The translations under genes were made by a program, and so were the position numbers. A model generated the notes under the pieces. That model was not told the DNA's origin and ran no database searches. It was given only the letters and a program-made list of their open reading frames with translations. DNA of 64,000 nt from positions 67,456,001 to 67,520,000 of the forward strand of contig OX597824.1 of the NCBI GenBank assembly GCA_951406725.2, written 5' to 3'. Source of the DNA: Octopus vulgaris. Taxonomy: Eukaryota. Position 1 is the first letter of the stretch; the number at the start of each line of letters is the position of its first letter. Below are positions 19,673-33,144 of the stretch, in pieces.

Positions 19673-20007
19673 GTTATAGTAAAAACCACAAATATTGTTA
19701 AGTACAGCTATCCAGAGTTTCCTGGCAAATATAATAATTTATTTCTCTATTTTTCGAACAAAAGCGTTCGCCAGTTGTCCTTTGAGCAGATGACGTTTAT
19801 ACAAGAGATATTCGTATACATAGAATGTCTTTTAACTTAGTGCAATGTTATTTTGGGACTTCGAAGGAATGATAAGTAGAAATATCATTTAATATCGTAT
19901 GAATTTACATAGCATGCATGTTGTTTGAGCAAAAAACTTATATCGATTATTGAAACGATGATCACTGATTAAAAAATGTAATATCGTCATCTTCAATCCT
20001 TTGCTCA

Positions 20008-20083
<76 letters not shown>

Positions 20084-20379
20084 TGTGTGTGAGGATGTGT
20101 GAACATATATATGCCTGCATGAATGTATGTATGCCTGATACCTGCATGTAGCATGTATGTATGTATATAGGTATGTATTTTTTCAGTTTTATTTCAAGGT
20201 TTTTTGTCAATAGAGAAAGAACCGGTTTCTAACCAAGATCCGAAGCTCCTTCATTGGAATTTCAACAACTATGTATGTATGTATGTATGTATGTATGTAT
20301 GTATGTATGTATGTATGGATGGATGGATGGATGAATGGATGGATGTCACAATCTGAAGACGTAACAGTTGAAAACTCAC

Positions 20380-20548
20380 CGCTGAAGATGTAAAGGTTAA
20401 GATTGCCTGATGCTACAAGTGCTGTGAGACACCAGAGCAGGAATTGTGATGTGTGGAAGTAACCTTTCGTTCCAAGCCCATTCATAACATAATCCACATT
20501 GACTGTAGCAGACCACATTTTGAATTGCGCCTCTTGATCTTTTTCCAT
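20380..20548 (-). CDS. SLC22-like first coding exon, copy 4, divergent (whole exon about 20380-20575)
   Basis: MEKDQEAQFKMWSATVNVDYVMNGLGTKGYFHTSQFLLWCLTALVASGNLNLYIFS plus 1 nt. It is 139 nt from the second Met to the GTGAGT donor (20379-20374). Strong acceptor ttttctcttccAG at 20577-20576. Confidence 0.75.
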
Positions 20549-20714
20549 ATTTTCTTTTGGCAGTCATCAGACGAGCTGGAAGAGAAAACGAACCGAAAAA
20601 TAATGATATGATTTCGCTCAATTCAGTACAGGTTAATCAAATCTATGGGGAATTCCATTCAAGCAGAGACCATTGTATCTTTTTATTACGCACTCGCATA
20701 TCTGAAACTTTCTA

Positions 20715-21165
20715 CTCTTGGAGCACAGACTGAAACTTTGTGGTGAGAAGGGCCTAGTCGATTACATCCACTCTATCGCTCAACTGGTACTTATCTTATC
20801 CCCTCCGAAATGATGAAAAACAAAGCGAACCACGGCGGCATTTGAACTCAGAACGTAAAGAGTCGGAACAAATACCGTTAAGAATTTTGCCTCATGTGCT
20901 AACGATCTTGCTAACTCGCCGCCTTCTACCTCTATTTGATAATGGGTTTCAATTTTGGACACAATGCCAGTAATTTCAGGGTAGGTGATAAGTCGATTAC
21001 ATGGATCCTAGTGCTCTACTGGTATTTATTTTATCGACCCCCGAATGGGATGTAAAGCAAAGTCAACCTCAACAGAATTTGAACTCAGAATGTCAAGACA
21101 GAAGAAATGCCGCTAAGTATTTTGTCCGGCGTACTAACTATCATAGCAGCTCACCGCTTACTACC
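20715..21165 (-). mobile_element. Two degenerate SINEs of the second family
   Basis: Repeated gtcgattacat...ctggta...atttgaactcagaa motifs shared with 36630-37583. Confidence 0.75.
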
Positions 21166-22139
21166 TCTATTCAATGATAGCAACTGATAAAAGCAATACG
21201 AGGTCTGATCAATAATCGTTATATTTATAGATAATTCGATATATGGTGTTCCATTTTGCATATCTTTTATCCAATTTTTATTATTATACACTCAGCAATT
21301 AAAAAAAAAAGTTGTCTGTATATACACGTTAGGACCTATGTATGTTTTATGTGAATGTCTGTATCGTAGGCATGCATATGTATTTGTATATGTGCGTCTG
21401 TATATATGTGTAAGTAAGCGTGTATGTTTATACTTGTACACATATGTACATGGATGTATATGCATGCATGTATACACTTATATTTGTGGGGATATGTATT
21501 TACGTTCATATTTCTATATATTTATATGCGTGATCTTGTGTATTTATATGCTAATATATACTTATGTGTGTGCGTGTGTGTGTGTGTGTGTATATATCTC
21601 TTATATCTTATATAAAATCCATTCTGTCTGTCTGTCTGTGTGTGTGTCTTCTCGGATCTCGGGCATCCTCCATCCGATTGCGCTCAAATTTGATATGTAG
21701 TTACCGACGGTATCAGGGCATGTATAAGTCGATTCCAGGTAAGAATGCGATCGATACAACCGTTTTTGTCCTGCTTTTCTTCCGTCAACCTGTACATTAC
21801 TGCACCTTCCATTTTTTGTTGTTTTTGTACTGCTTAAAGGCACGTTTCTTTCCTGCCAAGCTTACTGTTTACACCGTGTTTGTGTTCTCCCAGTCAACAT
21901 CCTTATCGTTTACTGGTACTTTAAACTCTTCGGTTGCATATTTATGTGAATAAAATCGTTTTTCTTTGGAATAGAAAAAAGTCTATCGTTATTTCTTCTT
22001 TTGCTGTTGTCTCAAATTTAGGTTAAATCAGTGTTTCTCAAAGGGGAGGCCTATGGGACAGTCGGACAAGTTGTTTTGAGAAAATTTGGTTTAAATGTTT
22101 GACAACTTAGCACCGTCCATTGGACTGGGGAACGTTTTG

Positions 22140-22189
<50 letters not shown>

Positions 22190-22582
22190 TATGTGTATTT
22201 TGTTTTGGGATTTGGTTTGCAAGATTCTTTATGTGAGTTCGTGTGTTGAAGCATATTCTGTTGTGTCCGAGGAGAGTCATTTTGCCGGTGAGTGTGTTAA
22301 ATTATAAGGCACAAAAAGAAAATGACTCTCCCCGGACACAACAGAATATATATATATGTAATTTTATTTTATGTGTTCGTTTGTTACACATATTTTCTCA
22401 CCTATCTCTTTCTTTTTTCTTTCCTTACGCAAAGTATCCTTTCTCTCCCTATTCGTTATTTTGGTAGCGTCCCTAAACAATGCGTTCCTTTTCTCCCTCC
22501 TTACTTCCCTCTTTCTTTCGCTAGCTGTTACGTTTAGGGTTCTTCTTATTTTCTTTTTCTTTCTCCCTCCCTACGTTTAAGT

Positions 22583-22783
22583 CAGTGGTTTTCAACCAGG
22601 CTTCCGCCAGTACAGTCCAGGGGTTCCGCAAGAAGTTACAAAACTGCTAAAATCGGCAGTAATTTTTAATTCTCCTGTGCAGATATGTGTGCATAAGACT
22701 ATTAAATTATTGCACAGGAGTTCCTCGAGCCAGTGGAATGTTTCCTTGGGTTTCCGCTCCAGCAAAAATTTTGAAAAGCACTG
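22583..22783. mobile_element. hAT-type MITE (201 bp)
   Basis: TIRs CAGTGGTTTTCAA / TTGAAAAGCACTG; 8-bp TSD gtttaagt/ttttaagt. Confidence 0.8.
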
Positions 22784-23094
22784 TTTTAAGTTATACTTCC
22801 TATCTCTCTTGTCTGTTATAACTGACTTCTATATGTATACACCAAGAGATTTTTGTACCCAGGCATGGTTGCGTGCATGTATATATATATATATATATAT
22901 ATGTGTACATGTGTATTTGTGCGTATATTTATGTCTTACATATATATGCCTGTATATGTATGTAACTATGTGCATGCATCTGTGTATTTTGATGTATATA
23001 TGTATATTATAGATAGTCTAGTATGCGTATACACTGTTGTAAAATGAAACTCTGAGTAACAGCTTCTGTTATATTTCTGCTACTTTTAAATTAA

Positions 23095-23157
<63 letters not shown>

Positions 23158-23177
23158 TACATACATACATACATACA

Positions 23178-23205
<28 letters not shown>

Positions 23206-23208
<3 letters not shown>

Positions 23209-23624
23209 TTCAAAATAGAAAATTACCCATTAACAGGTAATTTTTACATGCTAGAAATAGCAACCAAACACGGCCAAAAACCACAATTTTATAGCAAATT
23301 TCGAAGTACATGAAAAATAAAAACCGTTACCTTGTTATATAACGGTTATACCAATGGTTTCGAATTTCTTTAGCGAATAATATTGCTTGCCATCTTTTAA
23401 TAGATAATATGGACTTGCTAAATTATCTATTAAAAGATGGCAAGCAATATCATTTGCTAAAGAAATTCGAAACCATTGGTATAACCATTATATAACAAGG
23501 TAAAGGTTTTTATTTTTCATGTATTTCGAAATTTGCTATAAAATTATGGTTTTTGGCCTTGTTTGGTTGCTATTTCTAGCATGTAAAAATTACCTGTTAA
23601 AGGGTAATTTTCTATTTTGAAATA
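23206..23624. repeat. Palindrome with arms of about 200 bp and a loop of about 13 nt
   Basis: tatttcaaaatagaaaattaccc...atagataat | atggacttgctaa | attatctat...gggtaattttctattttgaaata. Confidence 0.95.
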
Positions 23625-23695
23625 CAAATATGTTGTCTATTGACTTTTTATACATGCTAGGCCACTGGTGGTGATATTTATAACGAGTATTCGCC

Positions 23696-23730
<35 letters not shown>

Positions 23731-23771
23731 AAAAAATGGAGTTGAACGCAGATGTTATTCAAATTCTTTTA

Positions 23772-23854
23772 CTTTCGACATATATTTCGAAGACAACATT
23801 GCTTTTATTCCAAAGGAATAAACGGTGTAAAATAATGTAATCTTATCAGGAAAG
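23772..23854 (-). ncRNA. Degenerate hammerhead-like motif with a long stem II
   Basis: ctttc-CTGATAA-(about 50-nt hairpin)-GAAA-tatat-GTC-gaaag. Perfect 5-bp stem I; core G8 is mutated. Confidence 0.45.
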
Positions 23855-24029
23855 AAAGAGAGCCCATCTCAGCAATAAGACTTTATAACAATTTTGATGA
23901 CTCATCAAAATTGTTATAATGTCTTTTTGCTGAGATGGGTTCTCACCACCTCTAAAGTAGGCTTGTATCCAACCCTTATCAGGCAAAGTGATATCCAGCT
24001 TTTTGAGACCAGCATGGAGTAGTAATGAT

Positions 24030-24468
24030 GGATGTTTTGGCAGCTTCTCTGTTGCAGAAATTGCGGGACGCAATCAAAGCAGAGAAGCGTGGCATGCTGA
24101 CCAAATGTGTCCTCCTCCTCCAAGACAACGCCCTAGTTCACAATACGCATGTTGCCCAGATGAAAGCACACTCCCGCGGCTATGAAATCCTTTCCCATTC
24201 CCCTTACTCTCCTGACCTCGCATCACCTAACTTCTACCTGTTTCTAACCATAAAGCCTTGTTTGAAGGCAATCACTTTTCGGATGATGAAGTGAAGTCTT
24301 GGCTCTAGATGCAACCTACCGACTTCAACAGAGTAGGTCTTCACAACTGCATAAGGCAATGGGACATGTGTGTCACCATTGGTGGTTTAGAGAAGGACTA
24401 ATAAGTTTCGTTTATTCCAGTCCTTGGGAAGTGGGCCAGGGGAAATATTTAATGAACATTCCTTGTAA
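24030..24468 (+). mobile_element. Mariner transposase 3' fragment
   Basis: LRDAIKAEKRGMLTKCVLLLQDNALVH and HSPYSPDLAS.NFYLF. Confidence 0.85.
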
Positions 24469-24679
24469 GGCTATTGGATATACAAATTTACATATTAAAC
24501 ACATTCTTGGTAATTGGTATGTGTTTATTAATTGCTGGCAGGGACACCGTATTTCGTTTGGCAACCCTAATATACAACCACGTGTGATATCGGCATTAGC
24601 TCATATCCGACTAGTAGATTTGTACCCAGTGATCGAGCTTCTTCATTTTGACGGGTGCAAATGATATTGGTGTCTGAGG

Positions 24680-25750
24680 TGGCTGTTCAGGCCAAGGGCG
24701 GCATGGAAGAACCGGGGCATTTATCGCAGAGAGGCAAAGAAGTGAGTCGTTCTTTGCGGCTTAGATGTCCGGTCTTTGCCTCTTGACATCTGTTGCTTTC
24801 CATCGCCCTGTTCCCTCACCGATGACACGCTTCCACCTTGGGCCGTCATTGACAATTGTCTCCTAGGGATTTGGGTCAATGGTGCAGCAGAGGAGAGAGG
24901 ACTTGAGTTGGTCTCGGAAACGGAATTTGAGGGCTCCGTGTGGTCTGGTGTCTGAGGTCAACTCCGCAAAGAAGAGTTGACGGTGGAGGTATGTTTGAGG
25001 TAAACGTATAATGTGTCCCGACTAGCGGAGGTGGTATCCTCCCACAGTGGTTTGAATGCTGCGCAGTCCATCCTGGAGCAGAACCTCTTCATTGGCTGTG
25101 TAGTTCGTCCATAGAATCCTCATGATTATACGAAGATTGTGCCGGCGGAAACGTTCCATCTTCTTCAAGTTTCCTCAATACAACGCCCACGTCTTACAGC
25201 CATAAAGGAGTGTGGAATGGACGACGGCTCGGAATACCATGATTCTCGTTTGGAAGAGTTTTCCGAAAGCAGTACGGACTGTGCTGATCCTATTCTCGAT
25301 GTCATTCTGGATAATATAAGAAAGCATCTACAGTTTCCAGAACAGTGGCACGCAGTCTTATGTCACTGGTGTCAGGAGGAGGTTGTCCGGGGACTCCCTG
25401 TGCAAGGATCTTTGTCTTCATTACTTTTGTGACCAAACCAGCGCGAGTATGCACATTTTCGAAGAGGCTCACTGCTTCCTGATGACCGGAAACCGAATGT
25501 GCAGGAGTGGGATTGTCATTAGCATACGCACCAAGTATATAAAAGGTTTACAAGTAAATCACTTTTAAGGATCTTCGTCTTCATTGCATTTGTGGCCTGA
25601 TCAACGTAGGTATACAAATTTCCTAAGAGGTTTACAGACCTTTGAAGACCGGGAACCGACTGCGCGGGAGTATCATTGTCATCAACGTACTAAAGCTGAC
25701 GCATCGAGTATATTAAAGGTTTACTAGTAAATACTGTTATTGAATCACTT
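24680..25750 (-). mobile_element. RTE-like LINE fragment (RT end and C-terminus)
   Basis: Minus-strand YVDD/YAND RT motif in two tandem copies of about 165 bp (25405-25755). Also NEEVL, GHIIRLP...RQLFFAEL, RPHGALKFRFRDQLK. Confidence 0.7.
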
Positions 25751-25990
25751 TTAAGTTATCTTCACAAATTGAATAGCACCACTAACACAAAAATCTGCTC
25801 CTCGGATACGAGTTAACGATGACACCACATGGGGTTGTATATTACGGTTGCCAAACGAAATACAATGTCCCTACAAACAATTAATAGGTACGAGGAATGT
25901 ATTTAATTTGTAAATTGGTATATCCAATAGCGTTACACCTCTGAACTGAATGGCTATTTAAGCAACGTGTTCGTGAATGGTTAATGGGTC

Positions 25991-26045
25991 GAATGTGGTG
26001 CTGAAGAAGGGGCAATAACTCCCGAAATATGCATTTACATCCATT
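25991..26045 (+). ncRNA. Degenerate minimal hammerhead-like motif in a Penelope-type terminal repeat
   Basis: gaatgtggtg-CTGAAGA-agggg caataa ctccc-GAAA-tatgcat-TTA-catccatt. Confidence 0.45.
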
Positions 26046-26673
26046 ACTTATTTTCTGTTTTTAATCGCATTGTTTCCATAGACGTATTCGTATACGAAAC
26101 ATCGTAACTTTCAGTGCTGGCTCTAAATTCTAACGAAAATCTGTAGAGATACACTTAAAAGTTATTGATTTGAACAGCTAGTACTTAAACGTAGGTCACG
26201 ATATTGACCCGTAAACCTTTAACCTTTAGCACACTGTAGGTGCATCATGTAAACATACGAATTTTCTCCCTTGTAGTAACAGAGTAGTAGCAGGGGAAAC
26301 AATTCTAGAGAAATGATATACTTAGTAGTGTATTACGGTTGCAAATCGAAACATGGTTTCCTTACCAGCAATTAACATACACACACACACACACACACAT
26401 ACACATATTTATATACAAACAGATGAATACATACATGCACACACACATGAAGAAGAAAGATGAGCAAGCATATGAATTTATAAGAGATGCTTCATTTATT
26501 TAAATATAAATAGCATCTCAGATAAATGCATTCCTTACACTTTAAATGTCTGGTAGAACTTCATTTTTTCTATCAAAATCTAGTACTAGACTAGTTTTGA
26601 AGAAAAAGGCCTAAGATTATTTAAGACGCTTTGCAAATTCAATCCGTAAGGGGAAGAGTGAATATATACACTC

Positions 26674-26730
<57 letters not shown>

Positions 26731-26797
26731 GGTCCCGGGTTGATTCGGGGTTAACCACAGTAAGTAAGGTACTCAATACATAGCAGAGTAAAATTAA

Positions 26798-27884
26798 TTT
26801 ATTATATAGAAGGAGCTTCTACAGGACTAGTACTGTTTCATTCAAGAGAAATCTTCAGGAAGCTATTTAACAAGAATTGTATTAGCATTTATACATTTAG
26901 GCAGGTTTAAAGGAGTGGTGGTGGGGGACTTTTTGGGGGTAGGCATAGCGCAAAATATCATACTTGGGGGAGTGGTCAAGGAGTCAGTGGTAAGTTAGAT
27001 GAAGGAATAGATAAATAAAAAAATAAAAAAATAAAAAAATAAAAAAATAATAAAATAATAAAATAATAAAAAAATATAAAAAATAAAAGGTAAATAATAA
27101 AAAAATATAAAATAAAATAAAATAAAAAAATAAAAAAATAAAAAATATAAAAAATATAAAAAATATATAAAATATATATAAAAAAAAAAATATATATATA
27201 AAATATATATATACATACAAAAATATATATATAAAAAAAGGGGGATAGAGTTATAGGTAAATAAGGAGATTCTCACTTATACCTATACACACATGTATAC
27301 GTATCTACACACACATACATACATTCACATATATATACACACACATATACACACACACACATATATATACATACATATACATACCTACACATACACACAT
27401 ACATACATACAAATATACATATACATATATATATATATATACAATCCAATACAGGCCCATTCCCTAATTTTAATTTTATTATCTTCATTTATTACTTTTG
27501 TTATCTTTGATCGCTAGGGCTAAGAATCCTGGCAATGGCTGCAGTCCATTTGTCTGTCTACTAGAAGGCAAGTACTCATTCCCGCACGCACACTCATTAG
27601 CACGTACATTCACCCATTCGTACACTCATACACATACACGTACGCACGCGTTATATTCATACATACAAACATCTACATACGTTCACGTATATACACATAC
27701 GTACTCGTACCTACAGATTCGTGTCTACACTTTAGGAGGCTAGACTATACATATACACCAATAAATATACATACATATATATATATATATACCCGCATAT
27801 ACATACACACACACACATATATATACTCCTACATACAGATACATACCTATATATATATACATACATATATATATACATGCATAC

Positions 27885-27944
<60 letters not shown>

Positions 27945-29521
27945 ACACACACACACATACATATACACACACATACATACACATATATATACATACACAA
28001 ACATATATACACACATATATATATACATACACACATACACACATACATACGTATACATACATACATACATCCATACATCCATACTTACATGCATTTATAC
28101 GCATACACACACCCATCTATATATATGCATATATATATATACATATATATATATACACACTCACACATACATATACAAATCCACGCACACACATACATAC
28201 ATACACGTATACGCATACACGCACATACACATATACATGCGTACCCATACACGTGCACACACGCACGCGCATCCATATATATACACACACACACATATAT
28301 ATACACGTGTGCAAGCATACATGCATACTCATACGCGCACACATACTTACAAATACATATATGCACACACTTACACACATATATATACATACACATATAC
28401 ATGCATACATACATATATGCATACATACACACACGCACTCATATATATATATATATATACATACATATACACATATATGTATATATATATACATATATAT
28501 ATACATACATAGATACACATACGCATACATACACATACACATACATACACACATATATACACATATATACATATATATATATGTATATATACACATATAC
28601 ACATACATATATACACACATACATACATATACATACACACACACATACATATATACATATACACTGATACACATACCCATACATACACATGCATATACTT
28701 ATATCACTACATACTCACATATATAAACATATATACATATACACACATACATACATACATGTACATACACATACGTATGCATATACATACATATACATAT
28801 ATATGCACATATACATATATATATATATATATACATACATACACACACACATATACATGTATACATACGCAAAAATGATACACATATATACACATACACA
28901 CACACAGACAGATGCATATACATACATATACATACATATATATATACAAACTACATATCTATATAAATACATACATAATACACATATACACACACATATA
29001 TATACATTCATGCATATACATATACAAGTATACACATACATACACACACACGCACACACATACATATACACGCACACATATATACAAATACATACATACA
29101 TACACACATACACACACATATATATATATATATATATACATACATACACACACATACACGTACACATATACATATGTATATATATATATCAACAAGGGAG
29201 GGTAAAGTTAATTAGTTATTAATCAATTTCATCAAGTGTTCAGTATGTAAAGGGACCATTATTATTTTGAGTAAACAATGTTAGAGGGAAAAAATTCTCT
29301 AAGTAGTGGAAGAGGCTAAAAACTTTATTGGCTGCTATTTCTAGAAAGTTTAGTATGTGGCAAAGTAATTTATTTTATTTTCCTAATCCCTAATTATATA
29401 ATATTTTATACATACATACACATACATAAGCACATACATTTACACATACATATGCACATACATATATACACATATACATACAAACACATATACACATATA
29501 CACACACACACACATACAAGC

Positions 29522-29562
<41 letters not shown>

Positions 29563-29811
29563 AATATATATACATATATATTTTTTTACATGCATACATA
29601 CACACACACACACATAATACATGCGTATATTCCTACTGTACCCATGCATTTCTATACAAATATACATACATATATACAAATCTATACATTTCTATATGTA
29701 TGTATGTATATTTGTATAGAAATGCATGGGTACAGTAGGAATATACGCATGTATTATGTGTGTGTGTGTGTATGTATGCATGTAAAAAAATATATATGTA
29801 TATATATTTGC

Positions 29812-29844
<33 letters not shown>

Positions 29845-30234
29845 GTATGTGCTTGTATGTGTGTGTGTGTGTATATGTGTATATGTGTTTGTATGTATAT
29901 GTGTATATATGTATGTGCATATGTATGTGTAAATGTATGTGCTTATGTATGTGTATGTATGTATAAAATATTATATAATTAGGGATTAGGAAAATAAAAT
30001 AAATTACTTTGCCACATACTAAACTTTCTAGAAATAGCAGCCAATAAAGTTTTTTAGCCTCTTCCACTACTTAGAGAATTTTTTCCCTCTAACATTGTTT
30101 ACTCAAAATAATAATGGTCCCTTTACATACTGAACACTTGATGAAATTGATTAATAACTAATTAACTTTACCCTCCCTTGTTGATATATATATATACATA
30201 TGTATATGTGTACGTGTATGTGTGTGTATGTATG

Positions 30235-30265
<31 letters not shown>

Positions 30266-32535
30266 ATGTGTGTATGTATGTATGTATTTGTATATATGTG
30301 TGTGTGTATATGTATGTGTGTGTGTGTGTGTGTATGTATGTGTATACTTGTATATGTATATGCATGAATGTATATATATGTGTGTGTATATGTGTATTAT
30401 GTATGTATTTATATAGATATGTAGTTTGTATATATATATGTATGTATATGTATGTATATGCATCTGTCTGTGTGTGTGTATGTGTATATATGTGTATCAT
30501 TTTTGCGTATGTATACATGTATATGTGTGTGTGTATGTATGTATATATATATATATATATATGTATATGTGCATATATATGTATATGTATGTATATGCAT
30601 ACGTATGTGTATGTACATGTATGTATGTATGTGTGTATATGTATATATGTTTATATATGTGAGTATGTAGTGATATAAGTATATGCATGTGTATGTATGG
30701 GTATGTGTATCAGTGTATATGTATATATGTATGTGTGTGTGTATGTATATGTATGTATGTGTGTATATATGTATGTGTATATGTGTATATATACATATAT
30801 ATATATGTATATATGTGTATATATGTGTGTATGTATGTGTATGTGTATGTATGCGTATGTGTATCTATGTATGTATATATATATGTATATATATATACAT
30901 ATATGTGTATATGTATGTATATATATATATATATATGAGTGTGTGTGTGTATGTATGCATATATGTATGTATGCATGTATATGTGTATGTATATATATGT
31001 GTGTAAGTGTGTGCATATATGTATTTGTAAGTATGTGTGCGCGTATGAGTATGCATGTATGCTTGCACACGTGTATATATATGTGTGTGTGTGTATATAT
31101 ATGGATGCGCGTGCGTGTGTGCACGTGTATGGGTACGCATGTATATGTGTATGTGCGTGTATGCGTATACGTGTATGTATGTATGTGTGTGCGTGGATTT
31201 GTATATGTATGTGTGAGTGTGTATATATATATGTATATATATATATGCATATATATAGATGGGTGTGTGTATGCGTATAAATGCATGTAAGTATGGATGT
31301 ATGGATGTATGTATGTATGTATACGTATGTATGTGTGTATGTGTGTATGTATATATATATGTGTGTATATATGTTTGTGTATGTATATATATGTGTATGT
31401 ATGTGTGTGTATATGTATGTGTGTGTGTGTATGTATGTGTATATATATATATATATGTATGCATGTATATATATATGTATGTATATATATATAGGTATGT
31501 ATCTGTATGTAGGAGTATATATATGTGTGTGTGTGTATGTATATGCGGGTATATATATATATATATGTATGTATATTTATTGGTGTATATGTATAGTCTA
31601 GCCTCCTAAAGTGTAGACACGAATCTGTAGGTACGAGTACGTATGTGTATATACGTGAACGTATGTAGATGTTTGTATGTATGAATATAACGCGTGCGTA
31701 CGTGTATGTGTATGAGTGTACGAATGGGTGAATGTACGTGCTAATGAGTGTGCGTGCGGGAATGAGTACTTGCCTTCTAGTAGACAGACAAATGGACTGC
31801 AGCCATTGCCAGGATTCTTAGCCCTAGCGATCAAAGATAACAAAAGTAATAAATGAAGATAATAAAATTAAAATTAGGGAATGGGCCTGTATTGGATTGT
31901 ATATATATATATATATGTATATGTATATTTGTATGTATGTATGTGTGTATGTGTAGGTATGTATATGTATGTATATATATGTGTGTGTGTGTATATGTGT
32001 GTGTATATATATGTGAATGTATGTATGTGTGTGTAGATACGTATACATGTGTGTATAGGTATAAGTGAGAATCTCCTTACTTACCTATAACTCTATCCCC
32101 CCTTTTTTTTATACATATTTTTGTATGTATATATATATTTTATATATATATTTTTTTTTTTTATATATATTTTATATATTTTTTATATTTTTTATATTTT
32201 TTATTTTTTTATTTTTTTATTTTATTTTATTTTATATTTTTTTATTATTTACCTTTTATTTTTTATATTTTTTTATTATTTTATTATTTTATTATTTTTT
32301 TATTTTTTTATTTTTTTATTTATCTATTCCTTCATCTAACTTACCACTGACTCCTTGACCACTCCCCCAAGTATGATATTTTGCGCTATGCCTACCCCCA
32401 AAAAGTCCCCCACCACCACTCCTTTAAACCTGCCTAAATGTATAAATGCTAATACAATTCTTGTTAAATAGCTTCCTGAAGATTTCTCTTGAATGAAACA
32501 GTACTAGTCCTGTAGAAGCTCCTTCTATATAATAA
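26798..32535. repeat. Giant palindrome (arms about 2.9 kb, centre about 29685, almost no spacer)
   Basis: Mirror-image ORFs (27498-27743 + equals 31598-31843 -) and mirrored unique blocks 26800-27000/32330-32535 and 29190-29400/29975-30185. Confidence 0.97.
32470..32520 (+). ncRNA. Minimal type I hammerhead ribozyme-like motif (mirror copy at 26814-26864, minus strand)
   Basis: agcttc-CTGAAGA-t[ttc tctt gaa]t-GAAAC-agtacta-GTC-ctgta-gaagct. Core boxes and GUC site are intact and the stem III loop is palindromic. Confidence 0.6.
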
Positions 32536-32537
32536 AA

Positions 32538-32595
<58 letters not shown>

Positions 32596-32782
32596 TCTTT
32601 TGAGGAAACATTGATAAAAATCAACAAAAGAAAAACAGGAATAGAATACATACATGCTTACATATATACCCTAGTGGTTGGTAGTTGTAGATTTATTTTG
32701 TAAATATGAGTCAATATTGTTTATACAGATGTAGTAGATGGCAGATTCGGTAGATATCGGAAAATTGCATTGTGAAAATTGC

Positions 32783-32945
32783 ACCGATGCTGGTGTGTTT
32801 GCGTCCCCGTAACTTGGCGGTTCGGCAAAGGAGACAGATACAATAAGTACTAGGCTTACAAAGATTAAGTCCTGGGGTCGATTTGCTCGACTAAAAGGTG
32901 GTGCACCAGTATGGCCGCAGTCAAATGACTGAAACAAGTACAAGA
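32783..32945 (+). mobile_element. SINE 3' half
   Basis: ccgatgctggtgtgtt...aatgactgaaacaagta, matching the 46424 family. Confidence 0.8.
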
Positions 32946-33144
32946 GTATAGGTTTGAAAGAACATGTTTCAGTGGTTGGAAACATGTTAAACTGTGTAAA
33001 ACATTAAAGAGAGGAACCTAGTTGTTTCTTGCGATAAATACATCTAAATCGAAATTTTTTCATGGACCCTGAAAATATTACTGTAGACCCAATTTACTAT
33101 TTTCCTTGTGTGGACCTCAAAAATCTTATATGAATCCCCCGGGG

